A stretch of DNA of 10,891 nt from Candidatus Bathyarchaeia archaeon (GTDB taxonomy: Archaea; Thermoproteota; Bathyarchaeia; Bathyarchaeales; Bathycorpusculaceae). Positions 6,329 to 10,891 of the stretch are shown in pieces (within the stretch, counting starts at the first letter, position 1; every line of letters starts with the position of its first letter). The notes below the pieces were generated by a model. That model searched no databases and had not been told where the DNA came from. It saw only the letters and a list, made by a program, of their open reading frames with translations. The stretch lies in the NCBI GenBank assembly GCA_038883655.1, contig JAVZLQ010000010.1, positions 1-10,891 on the forward strand, written 5' to 3'. Both the position numbers and the translations under genes were made by a program.

Positions 6329-6610
6329 ATGTTATCCCAGATGCCTACCAAGATGGAGAAGGTTTCAAAGAAGCCGTTAGACTGTGAAATTTTGAGGGTT
6401 GCTATAATCGCTGAATTGGACGCTGTGAACCTTTATGAGCAAATGGCAGCCGTCGCTAACAATGAGAAGGTCAAGAAAGTGCTCTTAGAAGTTGCCAAGG
6501 AAGAGAAAACCCATGTCGGCGAGTTTCAAGCATTGCTCCTGAAGGAGGATGTAGAGCAAGCCCAAGAGTTGGAAAAGGGGAAAAAAGAAGTCGAGGAAAT
6601 AACAGAATAA
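6329..6610 (+). CDS. Encapsulated-ferritin-like (EncFtn/Flp) two-helix protein (93 aa)
   Basis: EILRVAIIAELDAVNLYEQMA...VAKEEKTHVGEF matches the recalled N-terminal ferritin domain of Pyrococcus furiosus encapsulin. SD AGGTGA (6316-6321) supports ATG 6329 over 6278. Confidence 0.87.
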   Translation: MLSQMPTKMEKVSKKPLDCEILRVAIIAELDAVNLYEQMAAVANNEKVKKVLLEVAKEEKTHVGEFQALLLKEDVEQAQELEKGKKEVEEITE

Positions 6611-6646
6611 GTGTTGAGCGTTTCAATGTATATTCTTAAATAACAA

Positions 6647-6659
6647 CCCTTTTATTTTT
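6647..6659 (+). terminator. Putative T-rich terminator
   Basis: CCCTTTTATTTTT after the stop at 6610. Confidence 0.4.
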
Positions 6660-6696
6660 AACACGCCACATGCTGAACATTAAGTGATTAAGAGAA

Positions 6697-7152
6697 ATGA
6701 TGTGGAAACACTTAATTGGAATCCTTATACAATCGCTGCTGGCCAGCGCTAAACTAGACTGGCACTGGGGAATGAGAGAAGGCCTAACGCTGCTTTTCGC
6801 TCTTGCCTTGTTCTTTATAGAACTGTTTGTGCTGGCGGTTCTGCTTTACCTTGCAGGCTTAATTGTCGTCGGCAAAAAGCGTGCATTGTTTTCAGACGCC
6901 TTTATAATAGCGCTTCTTGGAACAGTGCTGTCAACACTTTTTGTGATCTTTCTTCCAAACCTCATCGCGCTACTGCTCATAGTTGTTACATGGCTGTTAC
7001 TGATAAAACGCTTATTTGAAACAGGCTGGCTTGGCGCCATCGCCGTAGGCATACTGGCCATCTTAATCTACTTGGCAATCCTCATGCTGTTAGCCTTCGT
7101 CCTCGGGCTTCTGGGCTGGATAACCCGGTGGCTCACTACTATACCCTTCTAG
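6697..7152 (+). CDS. Hypothetical membrane protein (about 4 TM helices)
   Basis: Long hydrophobic segments separated by short basic loops (GKKRA, IKRLFETGW). Start may be 6697, 6700 or 6772. Confidence 0.75.
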   Translation: MMWKHLIGILIQSLLASAKLDWHWGMREGLTLLFALALFFIELFVLAVLLYLAGLIVVGKKRALFSDAFIIALLGTVLSTLFVIFLPNLIALLLIVVTWLLLIKRLFETGWLGAIAVGILAILIYLAILMLLAFVLGLLGWITRWLTTIPF

Positions 7153-7175
7153 AGACAACAAGCGAGGTTTAACTG

Positions 7176-7730
7176 TTGTCAGAATCTAAGAAGCACACAG
7201 CCTTGCTGGGCTTAGTCTTCCTCGCTTTTTTGCTTTTATCATCCTACGAAAACACTGTTTTCTTCAATCTTTTGTTGAGAGAAATCCTCAAAAACCAGTT
7301 TTTGGCTGTTGGAACGCTTTTGTTACACAACCTCCTTGTGGTCTCGCTTATTTTGCTTGGCATGAGCTTTTACGTCAGCCTCGTGCAATCTGGATTTTTT
7401 AGAAGAGAAAAACACTCTCACATAGTTTTGGAGCACCCGAGAATATTCGCCCTCGTTTTTACAGTGGTGGTAGTTTTCCTAAGCATATTGAGGGGGTGTA
7501 CCCTTATATATGGCGGAGTTAGCCTCGAGACCTTACCTGCAATACTTCTGATAAGTACACCAATCGGCTTGGTGGAGGGCTACGGCATATACACAACAAT
7601 AAAGAAGACGCTAAGCCAAACAATGAAGACAAGAGACCTGGCCTTCATTTACAGTATTTTTCTAGCTGCAGCGGTGTTAGAGGTAACCTTCATAAACGTT
7701 CTCATTCTAGTTTTAAGGCTGTCCGCCTAA
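7176..7730 (+). CDS. Membrane protein, possibly divergent SpoIIM (DUF95) family
   Basis: About 5 hydrophobic segments; HN, PIGLVE and AAVLE resemble SpoIIM N / PHGxxE / AAxIE motifs. TTG start after GAGG. Family assignment is tentative. Confidence 0.65.
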   Translation: MSESKKHTALLGLVFLAFLLLSSYENTVFFNLLLREILKNQFLAVGTLLLHNLLVVSLILLGMSFYVSLVQSGFFRREKHSHIVLEHPRIFALVFTVVVVFLSILRGCTLIYGGVSLETLPAILLISTPIGLVEGYGIYTTIKKTLSQTMKTRDLAFIYSIFLAAAVLEVTFINVLILVLRLSA

Positions 7731-9122
7731 ACTGGCAATTGCTTCCTCTGTTTTCCGCAGTTTCTCGCTCAACTCTTTAATGAGACTTCTAAGCTTTGGG
7801 CTAAGCTTAACAGGGTATTTGGCAGCGCCCCGGAGGCGCTTGTATTTGTCTGGAAGTCTAGCAAGATTGTCTAAAGCCCTTTTCCGGATATCCTCAAGCG
7901 AAGGCAAATTGTACACTATTCTGCCCTTTTCCATGACTTTAACCAGCAGTGGTTCCCCGCTGATTTTTTCGCCTTCGAGAGCTATGACGTCCTTTATAAA
8001 GTTGCCTTTGTCGTCTACAAATCTATGGACCTGTTTTCTTCCAGGCAATGTGGCTTTTCTTTCGCTGAGCTTCATTATCGGAACAAACTCGCCTTTTTCG
8101 TTGGCTCTTTCGCACAGCTTGTATATTATATCCACATACGGTCTGTCAGCTGAAGTCCCCATCTTTGTACCAACGCCGAAAGCATCAATTTTTGCCCCCC
8201 TACTCAATAGTTCTTCTATTCTATACTCGTCTAGGTCTCCGCTGGCGAAAATTTGCACATAGCCAAGCCCATTTTTATCGAGCATCTCTCTAACCCTGTG
8301 GCTTATCGCCACAAGGTCACCGCTGTCAATACGTACCCCTCGAAGTCTAAACCCTTGTCTTTCAAGCTCTTTAGCGACTTTTATGGCGTTTTCAGCACCC
8401 TTAACGTTGTCAAAGGTGTCTATGAGAAGCGTAACCTTATCTGGAAACGTTCTAGCAAAAGCCCTAAAAGATTCTAACTCATTACTGAAAAACATGACAA
8501 AAGAATGCGCCATAGTCCCAAAAACTGGCATGCCATAAACCATTCCGGCGAGAACGTTTGACGTGCCGTTGCAGCCAGCTATGTAGCTTGCCCGTGCAAC
8601 CTTCATGCCAGCATCCGTTCCGTGTTCCCGTCTTAATCCAAACTCGATTACGGTTCTGCCTTTAGCAGCGTAAACAACTCTAGAAGCTTTTGTAGCGATG
8701 GTTGTCTGCAAATTAATGGTGTTCAAGGCGAAGGTCTCTATCAACTGAGCCTCGATTATTGGGGCTGTAACCCTAATCAAAGGCTCGTTTGGAAAAACCA
8801 CAGTCCCCTCCGGAACCGCCCAAACATCACCAGTGAAGCGGAAATCCTTCAAATAATTCAGAAAATCATCCTTAAACCCTAAACTTTTCAGATATTTTAT
8901 GTGTTCTTCTGTGAACTTCATTTTTTCTAGAAAAAGCAGAACCTGTTCTAAACCAGCAAAAAGGAAATAGGAACGGTTTGGTGGAAGACGCCTAATGAAT
9001 AGGTCGAAGGTGGCTGGCTCAAACTTTTTGTGGTCAAAATAGCTAGCACACATGGTAAGCTCGTATAAATCTGTGAGCATGCTCATGTTAGACTCGTTAA
9101 CGAAGCCCAACGTGCCTTTCAT
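7713..9122 (-). CDS. pncB: Nicotinate phosphoribosyltransferase
   Basis: TDLYELTM, EFGLRR, GTMAHS (phospho-His), IDTFD, RIDSGD, ASGDLDE and FGVGT motifs; GGTGA SD upstream. Confidence 0.95.
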   Translation of the reverse strand: MKGTLGFVNESNMSMLTDLYELTMCASYFDHKKFEPATFDLFIRRLPPNRSYFLFAGLEQVLLFLEKMKFTEEHIKYLKSLGFKDDFLNYLKDFRFTGDVWAVPEGTVVFPNEPLIRVTAPIIEAQLIETFALNTINLQTTIATKASRVVYAAKGRTVIEFGLRREHGTDAGMKVARASYIAGCNGTSNVLAGMVYGMPVFGTMAHSFVMFFSNELESFRAFARTFPDKVTLLIDTFDNVKGAENAIKVAKELERQGFRLRGVRIDSGDLVAISHRVREMLDKNGLGYVQIFASGDLDEYRIEELLSRGAKIDAFGVGTKMGTSADRPYVDIIYKLCERANEKGEFVPIMKLSERKATLPGRKQVHRFVDDKGNFIKDVIALEGEKISGEPLLVKVMEKGRIVYNLPSLEDIRKRALDNLARLPDKYKRLRGAAKYPVKLSPKLRSLIKELSEKLRKTEEAIASLGGQP

Positions 9123-9161
9123 AGACTTTCACCATGCGACAACCAACTAATATCCCTTTTT

Positions 9162-10891
9162 CTATCCGGGGAACGGGCAAGTTTTAGCGGGACACCCTCC
9201 AGCATATTCTGATTCTGCTGCCACGAAAGTTTTCTCAGCAGTTTTCACCTCGCCAATGTAGAGCACTTGCTCCGGCTTGCTTCCATAACGGAACACCGTT
9301 ATACCCTTACATTTCAACCGCCAAGCAAGTTCAAACACTTTACGGACGTCCTCAACAGTAGCCTCGAAAGGTAAGTTTACAGTTTTTGAAACAGCGTTAT
9401 CCGTATATTTCTGGAAGGCAGCCTGCATCCGCACGTGCCATTCTGGCGCAATGTCCAAGGCTGTTACGAAAACCTTTTTCACGTCTTCTGGAATCTTGTC
9501 AATTTTCTGCACAGAACCAGTTTTAGCAATCTCCTCAAGAAGCCTTGCATCATAGAAGCCTCTTTCCTTGGCTATTATTTCGAAAAGCGGATTCGTTTCA
9601 AAAAGTCTTGTACCATCTAAAACGTTTCTAATGAAAGATATAGCGAACAGGGGTTCAATCCCTGAAGAGCAACCGGCTATAATGCTTATGCTACCTGTTG
9701 GTGCAATAGTAGTGACTGTGGCGTTTCTCATAGCCTTGTACTTATCTTTCCAGATACTTTTGTCAAAGTTTGGGAATGACCCACGTTTTTCAGCTATTTC
9801 CTCAGACTTACGGTGGGCTTCCTCGTCGATAAAACGCATCAGTTTTTCGGCAAGTTCCAAGGCTTGTTCAGAATTGTATGGGATCCCAAGCTTTATGAGC
9901 ATATCAGCGAATCCCATCACGCCTAGGCCTATTTTCCTATTTGCTTTTGTTATCCTTTCAATCTCCTTTAGCGGATATTTGTTAGCGTCTATAACATTGT
10001 CTAAGAAGTGGACGGCATTGTGCACGGTTTCTCTAAGTTTTTCCCAGCTGATTTTCCCGTTTTCCACCATGCGGGAAAGGTTAATTGAACCGAGATTACA
10101 CGACTCGTAAGGCAAAAGCGGCTGTTCACCACATGGGTTGGTTGCTTCTATACGCCCTAACTCTGGTGTAGGGTTATGCCTATTAACTTCGTCTATGAAT
10201 ATTACGCCGGGATCACCGCTCGCCCACGCGGAACGTGCAATTAAATCCCAAACTTCTCTGGCTTTAAGCTCGCTTGTCTTATCTCTATTTCTTGGGTTAA
10301 TAAGCCAGTAGTTGCCGTTTTCTTCAACCGCTTTCATGAAATCATCTGTCACCGCCACTGAAATGTTAAAATTAGACAAGAAGCCGGGTTTCTGTTTAGC
10401 TGTTATAAACTCTAATATGTCTGGATGGTCGATGCGCAGAATACCCATCATAGCACCTCTCCGCTTTCCGCCAGCCTTTATAACTTCTGTGGCAACGTCG
10501 AAAACCCTCATGAAACTTACTGGCCCAGAAGCTACGCCCTTTGTGGACATCACTATGTCACCTTTCGGTCTAAGCCTTGAAAAGTCGAAGCCCACCCCAC
10601 CGCCGCTCTTCTCAATTAAAGCCATATTCTTCACCGCCGTGAAAATACTGTCTAATGAGTCTTCAACCGGTAGCACAAAACATGCAGAAAGTTGTCCAAG
10701 TCTTGTGCCCGCATTAAAAAGTGTAGGTGAATTCGGCAGAAATTCCAGCCTTGCCATCATTTTGTAAAAAGTTTCCTCGCTTGTCTTCGGATTATCACCA
10801 TATCTTCTGTCTACTCTTGCTATGGCTCTGGCAACTCGACGGAACATTTGCGCAGGAGTCTCAATTACACGCTCGTTTTCATCTTTCAATA
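9162..10891 (-). CDS. nrdJ: Adenosylcobalamin-dependent (class II) ribonucleotide reductase, 5' end outside the window
   Basis: PNSPT, SACFV, TNPCGEQ, SCNLGS, TIAPTGS and SGIEP motifs. KGITVFR lacks the class I YY pair; C-terminal CPAKTC. The frame stays open to the window edge. Confidence 0.93.
   Translation of the reverse strand, partial: LKDENERVIETPAQMFRRVARAIARVDRRYGDNPKTSEETFYKMMARLEFLPNSPTLFNAGTRLGQLSACFVLPVEDSLDSIFTAVKNMALIEKSGGGVGFDFSRLRPKGDIVMSTKGVASGPVSFMRVFDVATEVIKAGGKRRGAMMGILRIDHPDILEFITAKQKPGFLSNFNISVAVTDDFMKAVEENGNYWLINPRNRDKTSELKAREVWDLIARSAWASGDPGVIFIDEVNRHNPTPELGRIEATNPCGEQPLLPYESCNLGSINLSRMVENGKISWEKLRETVHNAVHFLDNVIDANKYPLKEIERITKANRKIGLGVMGFADMLIKLGIPYNSEQALELAEKLMRFIDEEAHRKSEEIAEKRGSFPNFDKSIWKDKYKAMRNATVTTIAPTGSISIIAGCSSGIEPLFAISFIRNVLDGTRLFETNPLFEIIAKERGFYDARLLEEIAKTGSVQKIDKIPEDVKKVFVTALDIAPEWHVRMQAAFQKYTDNAVSKTVNLPFEATVEDVRKVFELAWRLKCKGITVFRYGSKPEQVLYIGEVKTAEKTFVAAESEYAGGCPAKTCPFPG

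Noticed and set aside
2333-7061. Short opposite-strand ORFs (2333-2518, 2628-2828, 3234-3416, 4179-4517, 4797-5126, 4961-5509, 5699-5887, 5914-6171, 6846-7061)
   Set aside because: They overlap well-supported genes and have no motifs.
7780-10767. Plus-strand ORFs within pncB and nrdJ
   Set aside because: Antisense shadows of conserved housekeeping genes.
9162-10891. Class Ia RNR alpha subunit using one of the ferritin-like genes as R2
   Set aside because: It lacks the YY radical-transfer pair and has the class II KGITxxR motif; the ferritin-like proteins are far too short for R2.

Overview
Archaeal, gene-dense window. GGAGGTGA Shine-Dalgarno sites, many TTG/GTG starts, BRE/TATA-like promoters and protein style would fit a Bathyarchaeia-like organism, but that is inference only. 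The core (about 52-6610) is a divergent oxidative-stress and metal-homeostasis locus. Leftward are a Ptr2/LrpA-type Lrp regulator and a CopB-type P1B ATPase with a C-terminal YHS/TRASH domain. Rightward are peroxiredoxin, OsmC-family protein, a rubredoxin missed by the ORF track, Fe/Mn SOD, a stand-alone flavodoxin, and three different ferritin-superfamily proteins: rubrerythrin-like, a short bacterioferritin-like protein, and an encapsulated-ferritin-like protein with no encapsulin in the window. The divergent promoter holds three Ptr2-like 15-bp sites spaced exactly 21 bp apart. The rest is two membrane proteins (one SpoIIM-like), pncB and a 5'-truncated class II ribonucleotide reductase. 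No RNA genes, CRISPR arrays, mobile elements or inteins were seen. Comparisons to named reference proteins are from memory, not database searches.
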